A stretch of 64,000 nt of DNA from Candidatus Latescibacterota bacterium (GCA_965203175.1 OZ241867.1:416001-480000), one strand, 5' to 3'. Shown: positions 19,086 through 29,075, counted from the first letter of the stretch. The notes: generated by a model not told the origin, from the sequence alone. Program-made: numbers and translations.

Positions 19086-20514
19086 TGTAGCGCTCCAGAT
19101 GCGCCAATGCCCGGCCGCTGTCGATGGCCTCTCGCGCCTCGGCCAATCCCTCTTCAGCATTCGCACTTAGACCCAAATAGTAGTCGGTCAGGCCGGCGTT
19201 GAGTACTATGCGGTCGTAAACAGGCCCCCGTTCGCCCTTGAGTGCCGCCAGCCCCATATCGGCAAAAGTCCGCGCACTCACTTCCGCAGGACGCGGACTT
19301 TGCTCGTAGAAAAAGCCGTATTCCCTCGGATCCACGTCGCAGGCGACTGTCGTCAGTTCACCGCAGACGCGGCGGAATCCCTGCACGTAGTTGATGGCCT
19401 TGCGCCGAGCGTCCGAGGGCTTCCCCAATCGCAACCCGTAGTGGCTGCTCCCTTCCTCACCTTTGATCACTAGCCCCGCGTCCAACCCGCGCGCCTGCAT
19501 CAACCCCAACAGCTTGTCCTCGTAGCCAGCGTGGTAAAATCCCGCGATCATGCCGTTCCAAGCCGAGCCAGCAAACAACTGCTGTGCCTTCTCCGTAGTA
19601 GCCCAAGGCGGGCGTTTGGCAATGTGAGCGCGCAAATGGCGCAACGCATACGCGCGGGGAGCGTACTCGCGCTGACTCGCGTATGCGAACCCAACGGCCG
19701 GGTCTTCGATGCAACGGGCCGCCGTCGCCAGCGACACATCGACTCGCGCACCCAAGGCTGCTAGCACCCCTTCCTCGGTCACTCCGCGCTTGGGCGGCAT
19801 TTCGGCGACGCCGTGTAGCACAGTCGCCCGTCCCAAGGCCGCGCGCACAGCAGCTACGAACAGCGTCGGGCGAAAGAAGCGCGCTGCGCCATCAAAGGGC
19901 TGGCCAAAATGCGTCAGCGCCTCTACTTGCAGCGCGGACACCTGCTCTGAGGGAAGCACGGCGTCGAGATGAGCGCGAACTTCTTCCTCATTTTCGATGT
20001 TCATCCGCTGGCCGATCAAAAACGCAGCCATCAGCGCAGGACGCACTTCGCCCGCTAACATGGCCCCAAGCGCACCGAATACCTCCTCGTAGCACAAGTG
20101 CCCGCCCTGCAAAACCGAGCGCAGCGCTTCAACCACCCCCGCTTCGCCCGCATCGCAACCGGCGAAATCAGGTGCCATCCCCAACAGGAAGCGCAAATCA
20201 TCGGGCATCTCGCTGAGCGCATCCCCATAGCGGTCAAACGCCTCGACCTCGGCCGTGCTCCAACCGGTCTGCGCGCCGAAGGTGCGGCGGATGGACATCG
20301 CCGCGAAAAACGCGCCCATCTGGGCTGGAGAAACTTGCTCTGCGCGGGGTAAAGTCCCCTTGACCGAAGCGAGAATCAGTTCGAGGATCCGCCCAGGATC
20401 TGGATCGCCCTCTTTTTTGCCCAGCGGACGGCTCTGGTGCGGCCCGGTACAGACGCGTGTTTGCACCTCGAGTACTTCCTCATTAGGGCCGGGATAGGGG
20501 TCGGCTTCAGACAC
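19060..20514 (-). CDS. Anthranilate phosphoribosyltransferase-fold (glycosyltransferase family 3) protein, non-canonical, not TrpD proper
   Basis: QMGAFF and AAFLIGQRM helical repeats, PFDG, LHG...PPK.G, KGEEG, IVLNAG, AREAIDSGRA; lacks the TrpD GTGGD PRPP motif. Confidence 0.8.
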   Translation of the reverse strand: MSEADPYPGPNEEVLEVQTRVCTGPHQSRPLGKKEGDPDPGRILELILASVKGTLPRAEQVSPAQMGAFFAAMSIRRTFGAQTGWSTAEVEAFDRYGDALSEMPDDLRFLLGMAPDFAGCDAGEAGVVEALRSVLQGGHLCYEEVFGALGAMLAGEVRPALMAAFLIGQRMNIENEEEVRAHLDAVLPSEQVSALQVEALTHFGQPFDGAARFFRPTLFVAAVRAALGRATVLHGVAEMPPKRGVTEEGVLAALGARVDVSLATAARCIEDPAVGFAYASQREYAPRAYALRHLRAHIAKRPPWATTEKAQQLFAGSAWNGMIAGFYHAGYEDKLLGLMQARGLDAGLVIKGEEGSSHYGLRLGKPSDARRKAINYVQGFRRVCGELTTVACDVDPREYGFFYEQSPRPAEVSARTFADMGLAALKGERGPVYDRIVLNAGLTDYYLGLSANAEEGLAEAREAIDSGRALAHLERYISRSQAAR

Positions 20515-20564
20515 GATTTTGCTTTCTTGATGAGCTAATGTTCCACATAGACCCCTGGGGTATA

Positions 20565-20652
20565 AGATGCTTCGCTTCGCTCAGCATGACACTGGGAACC
20601 GAAGTGCCAGCACCTGTCATGCTGAGCGGAGCAAAGCGGAGTCGAAGCATCT
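20565..20652. repeat. REP-like inverted-repeat element (TGTC/CGTC-type palindromic unit)
   Basis: AGATGCTTCGCTTCGCTCAGCATGACA (20565-20591) is the inverted counterpart of TGTCATGCTGAGCGGAGC-AAAGCGGAGTC-GAAGCATCT (20615-20652), with a 23-nt spacer. Confidence 0.75.
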
Positions 20653-20829
20653 CTATGGCTACCAGCTCCTAGCACACTGGCAAGACAATGAATAATGTCA
20701 GTTAAAAAATATACGATCCCCAGCCAATGCGCGCCCGACCTTGGCGCGGAAAATCCAACGGTGCCGATTGCGCGAAATACAGGTTCAACGCAATTTTTAC
20801 ACACCCTTTTCCGCGAGGAGGAATCTCCC

Positions 20830-21237
20830 ATGCGCTATCTATCTTTTCTGTTTCTCATCACAATCGCAGCCTGTGGCTCGTCCGACCAAGCTCCTCCGGC
20901 GCTGCTCCACTACGTCGCGGCCCAAGAAGCCTTGGCCGCCGACGATCTAGACCAAGCACGCCAAGCCCTGCAAGACTTGGTGCAAAGCGCCAACCCAACG
21001 CTCAAGCCGCTGGCGGAAAAAGCCGCAAGCGGTGCCGATCTCGCTGCGGTGCGCGTTGCATTCAAGCCGCTATCCGAACAAGTGCGGAAGGGCCAAATAC
21101 CCGAGGGCTATGTCGTGGCGTACTGCCCAATGGCCGACGGCGACAAAGGGGCGCATTGGGTCCAGAAGGGCCAGGACCAAATCGCCAATCCCTATTTCGG
21201 CGCTTCCATGCTCCGCTGCGGCGAATTCAAGGAGTAG
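20830..21237 (+). CDS. DUF3347-type putative metal-binding lipoprotein
   Basis: Lipobox IAAC; YCPMA...GAHW....I.NPYFG.SML.CG motif; RBS GAGGAGG. Confidence 0.85.
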   Translation: MRYLSFLFLITIAACGSSDQAPPALLHYVAAQEALAADDLDQARQALQDLVQSANPTLKPLAEKAASGADLAAVRVAFKPLSEQVRKGQIPEGYVVAYCPMADGDKGAHWVQKGQDQIANPYFGASMLRCGEFKE

Positions 21238-21249
21238 CTGCACCCGCAC

Positions 21250-21987
21250 ATGATCCGCGTAGAATCCGCTACCCGCTGCTATGGCTTTTTGACCGCAGTT
21301 GACGAAGTCAGCTTTGCCGTTGACCAAGGCGAGATCGTCGGCTTTGTCGGCCCCAATGGCGCTGGCAAGAGCACCATGCTCAAGATGCTCTCCACCTTTA
21401 TCCACCCCACGGCCGGCACCATCTCCATCGACGGGCTCGACGTGGTGGAGCATCCGCTCGCCGTGCGCCGCCGCATTGGCTACCTGTCGGGCGACACCCC
21501 GCTCTACCAAGAGATGCGCGTCGATAAGTTCCTCCGCTTCATCGCCCGGGCCCGCGGACTCGAAGGCGACGCCCTGCAGCAGGGCCTAGGGCGCGCAGTC
21601 GAACTCTGCGGAATCAAAGACGTGCTCACCCAGCGCGTCAAGGAGTGCTCCACCGGGTTCCGCCAGCGCATCGGCCTTGCTACCGCCATGGTCCACGATC
21701 CGCCGGTCTTGCTCCTCGACGAGCCAACTCACGGTTTCGACCCCTTGCAGGTCCTGGCCTTCCGCGACACCTTACGCGAGCTCAGCCCGGGCCGAGCGAT
21801 CCTCTTTAGCACCCACATCATCGGCGACGTTGAAGCCATTGCCGACCGCGTGTTGATCATCCACCAAGGGCGCTTGCTCGGCGATGGCCGCGTCGAACAG
21901 CTGGCCGCAGACGCTGGCATCCCCGAGGCCGGTCTCGAAGCGGTCTTCGCCCACCTAGTCCGCACCACAACCCCTGCCCATGTCTGA
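21250..21987 (+). CDS. ABC transporter ATP-binding protein, GldA-like
   Basis: Walker A GPNGAGKST, signature variant CSTGFRQR, LLLDEPT, STH. Confidence 0.9.
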   Translation: MIRVESATRCYGFLTAVDEVSFAVDQGEIVGFVGPNGAGKSTMLKMLSTFIHPTAGTISIDGLDVVEHPLAVRRRIGYLSGDTPLYQEMRVDKFLRFIARARGLEGDALQQGLGRAVELCGIKDVLTQRVKECSTGFRQRIGLATAMVHDPPVLLLDEPTHGFDPLQVLAFRDTLRELSPGRAILFSTHIIGDVEAIADRVLIIHQGRLLGDGRVEQLAADAGIPEAGLEAVFAHLVRTTTPAHV

Positions 21988-22747
21988 CGCGCAACGCCTG
22001 TCTGCTGCCGAGTGCCTGCGCGGCGCGCGCATCGTCTTCGACCGCGAGCTAGAGGCGTACTTCGACTCGCCCATTGCCTATGCGTACGCCGCAGTCTTCT
22101 TAGTGCTGTCTTGCACCACCTTTATGAATTCCTTTTTCCTCGACGGGGTCGTCGATATGGGGCCGTACTTCACCGCCCTGCCCTTCCTGCTGATCCCTTT
22201 CGTCCCAGCCATAACCATGCGAGCTTGGGCCGAGGAACGCGCCCAGCACACCTTCGAACTGCTGATGACCCTGCCGTTGCACTCCTTGCAGGTCGTACTG
22301 GGCAAGTATCTCGCGGCCCTTTGCTTCTACGCCATCGTCCTCGCTGGTAGCCTGCCCATCGTGCTAATGCTCCTCTTCCTCGGCGGCCCCGACCTCGGGC
22401 GCATCTGTGCGAGCTATCTCGGCGCGCTGCTGTTGGGTGCTTTCTTCCTGTCCTTCGGCCTGTTTGCCTCCGGCCTGACTCGCGACCAGATCGTAGCTTT
22501 TGTGCTCTCAGCGCTCTTCGGCTTTTTCTTCGTGCTCAGCGGGCACGAAAAAGTTGTCGAAGTCCTCGATGGACTAGCGCCAGCTTATCAGGCGGGCACG
22601 TGGCTGTACGAGACCATATCGGTCCTGCCTCACTACGAGGCTTTTGGCCGCGGCGTAATCGCCCTTGCCGACCTGCTGTACTTCGCATTGATGAGCGGCT
22701 TTTTCGTCTCGATGAACTATCTCAGCCTCCAGAGATCCAAGTATTGA
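21980..22747 (+). CDS. ABC-2 type permease, GldF-like
   Basis: RELEAYFDSPIAY, PAITMR.WAEER...T.ELL.T.P, VLGKY, S.LT.DQIVAF; overlaps the upstream gene. Confidence 0.88.
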   Translation: MSDAQRLSAAECLRGARIVFDRELEAYFDSPIAYAYAAVFLVLSCTTFMNSFFLDGVVDMGPYFTALPFLLIPFVPAITMRAWAEERAQHTFELLMTLPLHSLQVVLGKYLAALCFYAIVLAGSLPIVLMLLFLGGPDLGRICASYLGALLLGAFFLSFGLFASGLTRDQIVAFVLSALFGFFFVLSGHEKVVEVLDGLAPAYQAGTWLYETISVLPHYEAFGRGVIALADLLYFALMSGFFVSMNYLSLQRSKY

Positions 22748-25700
22748 AGCGGCACTTCTTGCTCCAAACTGCGCTGGCTTTCGCGCTGCTGTTGGGCATC
22801 GTCGCGTACGCCGGCCGCCTCCTGAACCTGACGGGAAGTTGGACCCTAGACCTAGCAGGGGACGACATCGCCACGCTCGCGCCGGCGACCAAGCGCTACC
22901 TCCGCTCCTTAGAAACCCCACTCTCCATCACCTATTTTGCCACCGCCCGCGAAAACATGCCAGCGCACCTCAAAGACCTCGAGCCCCAAGTCCGCCGGCT
23001 CCTGTCGGCTCTGCGCGACCAAGCGCCTGGCCGCATCGACTATCGGGTCATCGACCCGGACCAGAGCGGGCGCGCTGGCATCGGCTATGCCGCGAGCAAA
23101 AGGGCCTCCTCCTTCAGCGTGCGGAGGGTGTTGCACGACGAGCATTCCGAGCAAAAAATCTGGTCCTCGCTGGTAATCGCGCGCGCCAACGCGCCCGAAG
23201 TGCTCGTCCAAAGCATCGAGCCAGAGCACCTGCCTTATCTAGAAGAGTACGTCATCGCCCAACTACAGGCCGGACGAGCGCCTCCACAACCGACCTTTGG
23301 CGTCTCAGCACCGCCGCCCTTCCAGCTTTTGGCGGCCTTTCTCAACGAGGCCGGGCCGGTCGTCGAACTAGACCTCAATAGCAATCCCACCATTCCCCCG
23401 GAAATCGACGTGCTGTTCTGGATCCAGCCCGAAGTCGCCACGCCCGAGCACGTGCGGCAGTTGCTCGCCTTCCTAGAATCCGGCCGCAGTGCCGTACTCG
23501 CCGGCAGCACCTACCAGATCGGCTATTCCCCACAGGAGGACGCGATTTCCTATTGGGTACACCACGCGCCGCCTGCTTGGGGACAACTGCTCCAGCCCTT
23601 TGGCATTCGGCCGGTGCCGGACCTGCTCGTCGATAAAAATACCGGGCCGGTCGCACTCGACATGGGCGAAATCGTCGCGCCCTTTCACCTTCGGGTGCTG
23701 CCCGCTTTTTACAACATGAAGAGCTTTGCCGCGCCAGGTCGCGGCGGACTTAACTTTGTCGCCGCTAGCGCACTCGAAGTCGATCCGCAGGCCGTCCAAA
23801 CCAAGGGCTTCCACGCGGAAATCGTCGGCACCACCACCGAAAGCCCTCGCGTCCTGCCCCTGCCCGCAGATCCTTTCACCGACGCTGACTTAACCGGCGG
23901 CTTGCCCGTGCCCAAACAAAATTTGCTGGTCCTGCTCAAGCCGGACGATCCTTGGCAGGGGCAGCTATTTGTCTTGGCCAGCGCGTCGCCTTTCCAAGAC
24001 GGCATCATCAACCAGCCCGGCTATGCCCACCGCGTCTTCCTGCAAAACCTCATCCGCACCTATGGACAACCAGAGCGCGTATTGCGGGGGCGCGTGGAAA
24101 AGGGCGGGCCACAGCGACTGGTCCCGCCCGGCGCACTCGCCCGTTTCTTCTGGCGGTTCTTTGCGGTCTTTTTGGTGCCGCTGGCGTTTGTGGGTCTCGG
24201 CGTTAGGCACTACCTCCGCTACAGCCGCCCGAACTGGCCGACCGGCCGTTGGGGCCGCCAACTCGGCTTCGCTTGCTTGGTGCTCCTCGTTGGTGCGCTC
24301 ATCTGGCGCGGCCGCGGCCCCTATCTCGACCTGACAGCCGACCAACTCAACACGCCCTCCCCGCTTTTGGGCCGCTTGTTGCAGGGCACGTCCCTATCCG
24401 CCGAGCTGATCGCCACGCACCGGGCCTCCATGCCCCGGCAGCTCAAAGACGCCGAAGACCGCATCCGCACCTTGCTCGCCGACTGCAACATTCCCCTGCG
24501 CGTAATCCGGCCCGACGCGCTGACTCCCGACCAGCAACAGGCGCTCGCCGCCGAGGGACTGACACCCTTCCCAGTCGAAAGAGTCCTTCACGACACGCTC
24601 GCCACCCAATACGTATGGAGTGGCCTGCGCCTACTAAGCGATGAGCGCAGCATTGCCGTGCCGCGACTCGACCAGCGCGTCCTGCGCCACCTCGAATTCC
24701 TCTTGGCCGCAGCCGCCCACAGCCTGCAACAGGGGCGCAAAGTGCGCGTGGCCGTCATCTCCGACTTGCCGCGCCTCTCGCCAGCCGAAGCCCTCGAAGA
24801 CTACCAGAAGAAGGGCCTCATCGCCCCGGGCGGCACCGACGTGTACAGCGACTTGAAAGCCCTGCTCGCCGACTATCTCTACGACATCCACTACATCAAC
24901 CCCCGCACGCCGAGTATGCCCTCAGACGTAGATGTCTTGTTGTGGATGCAACCGCGCCGCGACTCGGGTCCGATCCTGCTGTTGCTGAGCCAGCATCTCG
25001 CGCGAGGGGGCAAGGCCATCGTCGCCATGCAGCACTTCAACATCCAGCAACGCCAGTACCGCGGCTCCGGGTTTCAGACCGTATACTGGCCTCAGCCCCA
25101 ATTCCAAGACCTCGACCGCTACCTCCAACTCTTCGGCGTTGAACAACTCCGCGAGGTACTCTTCGACCGCACCCAGTCCCACCTCGACTTAGAAACCCAA
25201 GTCAACCGCACGGCCGTGCGCGAGTACGACCCGCAAAAGGTCGCCTTGCCTTTCTTAATCCGCGCCGTCGGCCAGCACTACGACCCCACCTCGGCGATCA
25301 CCCGGCACCTCGGCGATCAGCTCTTTATCTGGGGGAATCGCTTTGCCCTGAACCCGGCAGAGCTAAGCAGTGCCGGCATAACGGCCCAAACCCTGATCTC
25401 CACCTCGCCCCAAGCCTGGGCGTACCCATGGCAGGGTGGTTGGCTGCCACCAGAGGTTTTCGCCCCGCAGACGTATCTGCCCGGCCCTCAACCTCTAGCC
25501 GCGCTGCTTACCGGGCCTTTTCCCGAGGTCTCCTTCACTGAAGGCGAAGATGGCCGCGCCACGCTCCAGCGCTTGGGCGAACGTCCGCGACAAACGGGAA
25601 CCCTACTCTTGATCGGCTCTTCGGAAATGTTCAAGAACGAGCATCTGTTGGTCCCGGGCTTTCAGCACGATCAATTCTTGCTCAATGCCGTGGCGTACAA

Positions 25701-25866
25701 TGCTTATGGCGAGGAGCTAGCCACCTTGCAGGCGCGGCAGCCGACTCCGCGCGGCTTCCCCTTCCAGAGCACCGAGGCCAAGCGTCTGTGGCGCGTGTTC
25801 GTGGTGGGTGCGGGACCGTTGCTGTTTTTGGGCTATGCCCTCTATCGCCGCACGAGGCGCACGTGA
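22744..25866 (+). CDS. GldG-like ABC auxiliary protein with two tandem GldG (ABC_transp_aux) modules
   Basis: TTG start overlapping the permease stop (TTGA). Two repeats of TM - 'DL' - thioredoxin-like - 'DVLxWxQP' - 'F...H..FL.N' - TM. Confidence 0.78.
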   Translation: MKRHFLLQTALAFALLLGIVAYAGRLLNLTGSWTLDLAGDDIATLAPATKRYLRSLETPLSITYFATARENMPAHLKDLEPQVRRLLSALRDQAPGRIDYRVIDPDQSGRAGIGYAASKRASSFSVRRVLHDEHSEQKIWSSLVIARANAPEVLVQSIEPEHLPYLEEYVIAQLQAGRAPPQPTFGVSAPPPFQLLAAFLNEAGPVVELDLNSNPTIPPEIDVLFWIQPEVATPEHVRQLLAFLESGRSAVLAGSTYQIGYSPQEDAISYWVHHAPPAWGQLLQPFGIRPVPDLLVDKNTGPVALDMGEIVAPFHLRVLPAFYNMKSFAAPGRGGLNFVAASALEVDPQAVQTKGFHAEIVGTTTESPRVLPLPADPFTDADLTGGLPVPKQNLLVLLKPDDPWQGQLFVLASASPFQDGIINQPGYAHRVFLQNLIRTYGQPERVLRGRVEKGGPQRLVPPGALARFFWRFFAVFLVPLAFVGLGVRHYLRYSRPNWPTGRWGRQLGFACLVLLVGALIWRGRGPYLDLTADQLNTPSPLLGRLLQGTSLSAELIATHRASMPRQLKDAEDRIRTLLADCNIPLRVIRPDALTPDQQQALAAEGLTPFPVERVLHDTLATQYVWSGLRLLSDERSIAVPRLDQRVLRHLEFLLAAAAHSLQQGRKVRVAVISDLPRLSPAEALEDYQKKGLIAPGGTDVYSDLKALLADYLYDIHYINPRTPSMPSDVDVLLWMQPRRDSGPILLLLSQHLARGGKAIVAMQHFNIQQRQYRGSGFQTVYWPQPQFQDLDRYLQLFGVEQLREVLFDRTQSHLDLETQVNRTAVREYDPQKVALPFLIRAVGQHYDPTSAITRHLGDQLFIWGNRFALNPAELSSAGITAQTLISTSPQAWAYPWQGGWLPPEVFAPQTYLPGPQPLAALLTGPFPEVSFTEGEDGRATLQRLGERPRQTGTLLLIGSSEMFKNEHLLVPGFQHDQFLLNAVAYNAYGEELATLQARQPTPRGFPFQSTEAKRLWRVFVVGAGPLLFLGYALYRRTRRT

Positions 25867-26870
25867 TCCGCTTCCTCTGCGCCCTAGGGGCCTTGCTAGT
25901 CCTGCTCGTCCTCGGGGAGAGCGCGCTGCGCGAGCATCAGCGCACGGTGCGCCGCACCGCCGGGGCTTTGCGCCTCCTGGCACCCGAACCGGCCTCAGCA
26001 GTCAATCAAATTGAGGTCCATGTCGCCGGACGCCGTTGGCACTACGTCCGGCGCGGGAACACTTGGTATTTCCCTGCGTACCACCGCGCCTTTGTCCTCA
26101 ACCGCCGCGTCGAACACCTGCTCCAGAGTCTGCTCGCCACCCCGGTGACCTTCGTCTCGACCGAGCCTGGGGACTTGGCCCGCTATGGCCTCGGTCCAGG
26201 TAGTGTCCGCATCCACCTGCTCGACCAACAGGGGCGTCCCTTGCTGGAAGTACGCCAAGGACGTGGAGCACCTGGGGCACGTGCGGGAGAATCGTATGTC
26301 CAGCGCATTGGTGCCGACAGCATCTTCCATCTCCACGCCCATCCCGTCCACGCCCTCGACACCGCACCGCCCGCTCCGATGCTCGACCGCCGCGTCCTGC
26401 CCCAAGCCTTGCAGCGCAAGGGCCTCCGGCGCATCGCCTTCGCCGGCGACCCCTCCTACCCGGTGCAATCCCTCAGCCGTCAACTAAAAGCCATGACGGC
26501 ACCGGGCCCTATGATGCCGACCTATGAGTGGATCGCCTCGTCTGCGACCGGTGTAGAGACCTGCCTCTCCGCGAATGTAGAAGCCTACGCCGACTTCCTC
26601 AAACGCCTGACGTGGTCGGCTTTGCACGATCCGGGCCGCACCGCTGCCTTTGCCCGAGCCCGCTATCTCTATCTCGAAGACGAAGAGGGCACAATAGACA
26701 CCCTCGCCATTGGCGCAGCCGACGACCGCGGCCGCTACCTCCGCCTCCACACCACTGGACACGTCTTCTCCATAATGCCTGAAAAAGCCCAACTCCTCTT
26801 TCCCACTCGCTCCGTCCTTCTCGACACGCTCTCCCAACCCTCGCCCTACCGCCAAGCCGAGCCGTTCTAG
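25863..26870 (+). CDS. DUF4340 family protein
   Basis: GTGA overlap with the gldG-like stop; N-terminal TM, 'DLARYGL' motif, 'YVQR'; typical fourth gene of GldAFG-like operons. Confidence 0.75.
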   Translation: MIRFLCALGALLVLLVLGESALREHQRTVRRTAGALRLLAPEPASAVNQIEVHVAGRRWHYVRRGNTWYFPAYHRAFVLNRRVEHLLQSLLATPVTFVSTEPGDLARYGLGPGSVRIHLLDQQGRPLLEVRQGRGAPGARAGESYVQRIGADSIFHLHAHPVHALDTAPPAPMLDRRVLPQALQRKGLRRIAFAGDPSYPVQSLSRQLKAMTAPGPMMPTYEWIASSATGVETCLSANVEAYADFLKRLTWSALHDPGRTAAFARARYLYLEDEEGTIDTLAIGAADDRGRYLRLHTTGHVFSIMPEKAQLLFPTRSVLLDTLSQPSPYRQAEPF

Positions 26871-26880
26871 GCCACTAGCC

Positions 26881-28365
26881 ATGCTCTATCGCAACCTGCT
26901 GCGCCACCAGTGGAAGGAGTTCATCCGCAACCCCTCTTGGAGTGGCATAAGCGTCGCCTACGCCATTTTTCTAGTTCTGCTAGCGCTGTACTTCCTGCTC
27001 GTCCTCGCCCTCTCGGGTGCCATGATCGGTCGTCTGCTAACTAGCCAAGATCCCGCAGCCGATGTCGTCCGCGTAGTCCATCAACACTTATTGAGCGGCT
27101 TCTTGCTCTTGTTCCTAGGCCGCTTACTCTTCCAAAACACGCCGCAGATAGCAATGGGTCCCTATCTTCACTTACCCATTCCCCGGCCCGCTCTAGTGCG
27201 ATTTTTCTCTTTCGCGGCCCTGTTCCACCTGCACAACCTATTGCCGCTGGCCTTCTTCATTCCGTTCTGGATAGTCAATCTAGCGCTAGATTACTCTGCT
27301 TTTACATCCCTGTCTTGGTTGGCGGCTATCGTGGCGGTTCTCGGTCTGTCCAACTACTTGGTCATCTGCGTCCGCTTAGTCTTGGCCAGACGCGCCTTGC
27401 CAGTCTGGATCTTGGGCGGTGGTACCTGCGGTCTAATCGCGTTGGATTCTTGGCAGCAATGGGGCTATACGGGCGCACTATCGAGCGCGGTATTCGACTC
27501 GTTACTGGGACCGGGCGGCCCTGTGTTGGCAGTGGCCTTGCTGGTGGCGACCGGCCTGCTCTTTGGCTTGACCTGTCGCTTGTTAAAGGACCATTTGCAC
27601 GACGAAGCCCCGTCTGAAAAAGGCTCTACTGCTCGGTCTCAAAGTCTACTTGACCGGCTAGCCGGTTTAGGTCCGGTGGGCCGACTGATGGCGCTAGAAA
27701 TTAAACTCGCGATCCGCAACAAGCGGCCCCGACAAATCCTGTGGTCTTCCCTGATGTTTGTGCCAATGGGGTTGATAAACCTCATGCTTTATACCCGTGG
27801 TTCATCCGACTCCACATTCCTCTACTATCTTTGGGGGTTCTTTCTCACTAGTGGTTTCGCGCTCAACTACGGTCAGCTCATGTTCGGTTGGGAGAGTCTT
27901 TATTTTGACGGCCATCTGGCCCGTCCGGTCCGTTTCCGCCACTTGCTATGGGCCAAACTATTGCTGCTGCAAGTTTCCTGCCCGGTATTGGCGCTAGTGT
28001 GCCTACCGTTCTTGCTGATCTTGACCCCCGAATCGCTCGTCACGTACAGCGTCTTTTTGCTCTACAATATTGGTTTCAGCACTGCTTGTATGCTGTTCTT
28101 CGCCACCATGAACCGCAAACGCCTTTATATCTCCCGTTCTTCATTTTTTAACCAGCAGGGCACCTCCCTGCACCATCTACTAGTCATCATTCCTTTGATG
28201 GCCCCGCCCTTAATCCTGATACTGACGACCGACTTTGGCCCGTTGGCTCTGGCTGTCGGCGGCCTGCTGTGCTGGGCACTCAGTCCTGTTTGGGTCCGCT
28301 TGTTGGCCTATCGGCTGCAAAAGTGCAAGTACCGCATGGCCGTCGGTTTTAGAGGGAGATCCTGA
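26881..28365 (+). CDS. Polytopic membrane protein, DUF5687-like ABC permease
   Basis: LLRHQWK..RN, PYLHLPI, ALEIKLAIRNKRPR, NYGQLMFGWES.YFD, AK motifs; many TM segments. Confidence 0.78.
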   Translation: MLYRNLLRHQWKEFIRNPSWSGISVAYAIFLVLLALYFLLVLALSGAMIGRLLTSQDPAADVVRVVHQHLLSGFLLLFLGRLLFQNTPQIAMGPYLHLPIPRPALVRFFSFAALFHLHNLLPLAFFIPFWIVNLALDYSAFTSLSWLAAIVAVLGLSNYLVICVRLVLARRALPVWILGGGTCGLIALDSWQQWGYTGALSSAVFDSLLGPGGPVLAVALLVATGLLFGLTCRLLKDHLHDEAPSEKGSTARSQSLLDRLAGLGPVGRLMALEIKLAIRNKRPRQILWSSLMFVPMGLINLMLYTRGSSDSTFLYYLWGFFLTSGFALNYGQLMFGWESLYFDGHLARPVRFRHLLWAKLLLLQVSCPVLALVCLPFLLILTPESLVTYSVFLLYNIGFSTACMLFFATMNRKRLYISRSSFFNQQGTSLHHLLVIIPLMAPPLILILTTDFGPLALAVGGLLCWALSPVWVRLLAYRLQKCKYRMAVGFRGRS

Positions 28366-28367
28366 AC

Positions 28368-29075
28368 ATGCACCTACAAGTCCAAAATTTGCAAAAGCGC
28401 TACGGCTTGGCGACGGTCCTCGACCTGCCCGAACTCGATATCGACAGTAGTGCCAGCTTCGGCTTGGTGGGCAACAACGGCGCTGGCAAGACCACCTTTT
28501 TGCGCCTCGTCCTCGATCTGATCCGCCCAAGCGAGGGCCAGGTACTGCTCAACGGGCAAAACGTGGCCCAAGACGACGCTTGGAAGACCTGCACGGGGTC
28601 CTACCTAGACCCTAACTTCCTAATCGACTACCTGACGCCCGTGGAATACATCCACTTCGTCGGCAGTCTGTACGACATGAGCCCGATCCAGATAGACGAA
28701 AAGTGGGACCACTACCGCCCCTTTTTCGGCGATCAACCGCTCGACGGGAGCGAGTATATCCGCAATTTATCCGAGGGCAACAAGAAAAAAGTAGGGCTTG
28801 TCGCGACCTTGATGGTCGAGCCGCAGCTACTGGTACTGGACGAGCCTTTCGCCAATCTCGATCCGACGAGCCAAATCCGCCTCAAGGACATGCTGAAAAC
28901 CCTCGACCAAACCACCCATACTACGCTCGTCATCTCCAGCCACGATCTCAACCATATCACCGAAGTCTGCCGCCGGATTGCCGTCATTGAGCGCGGCGTC
29001 ATCGTGCGCGATATCAGCACGGCCCCGGATACGCTGCGGGAATTGGAGCACTACTTTGCCGTCGAGGAAACGTAA
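28368..29075 (+). CDS. ABC transporter ATP-binding protein
   Basis: GNNGAGKTT, LSEGN, LVLDEPFANLD, ISSH. Confidence 0.92.
   Translation: MHLQVQNLQKRYGLATVLDLPELDIDSSASFGLVGNNGAGKTTFLRLVLDLIRPSEGQVLLNGQNVAQDDAWKTCTGSYLDPNFLIDYLTPVEYIHFVGSLYDMSPIQIDEKWDHYRPFFGDQPLDGSEYIRNLSEGNKKKVGLVATLMVEPQLLVLDEPFANLDPTSQIRLKDMLKTLDQTTHTTLVISSHDLNHITEVCRRIAVIERGVIVRDISTAPDTLRELEHYFAVEET

Noticed and set aside
20535-20831. 98-aa minus-strand ORF across the REP-like element
   Set aside because: Its translation (RDASTPLCSAQHD...CHAERSEAS) is simply the palindrome read through; no evidence of a real gene.
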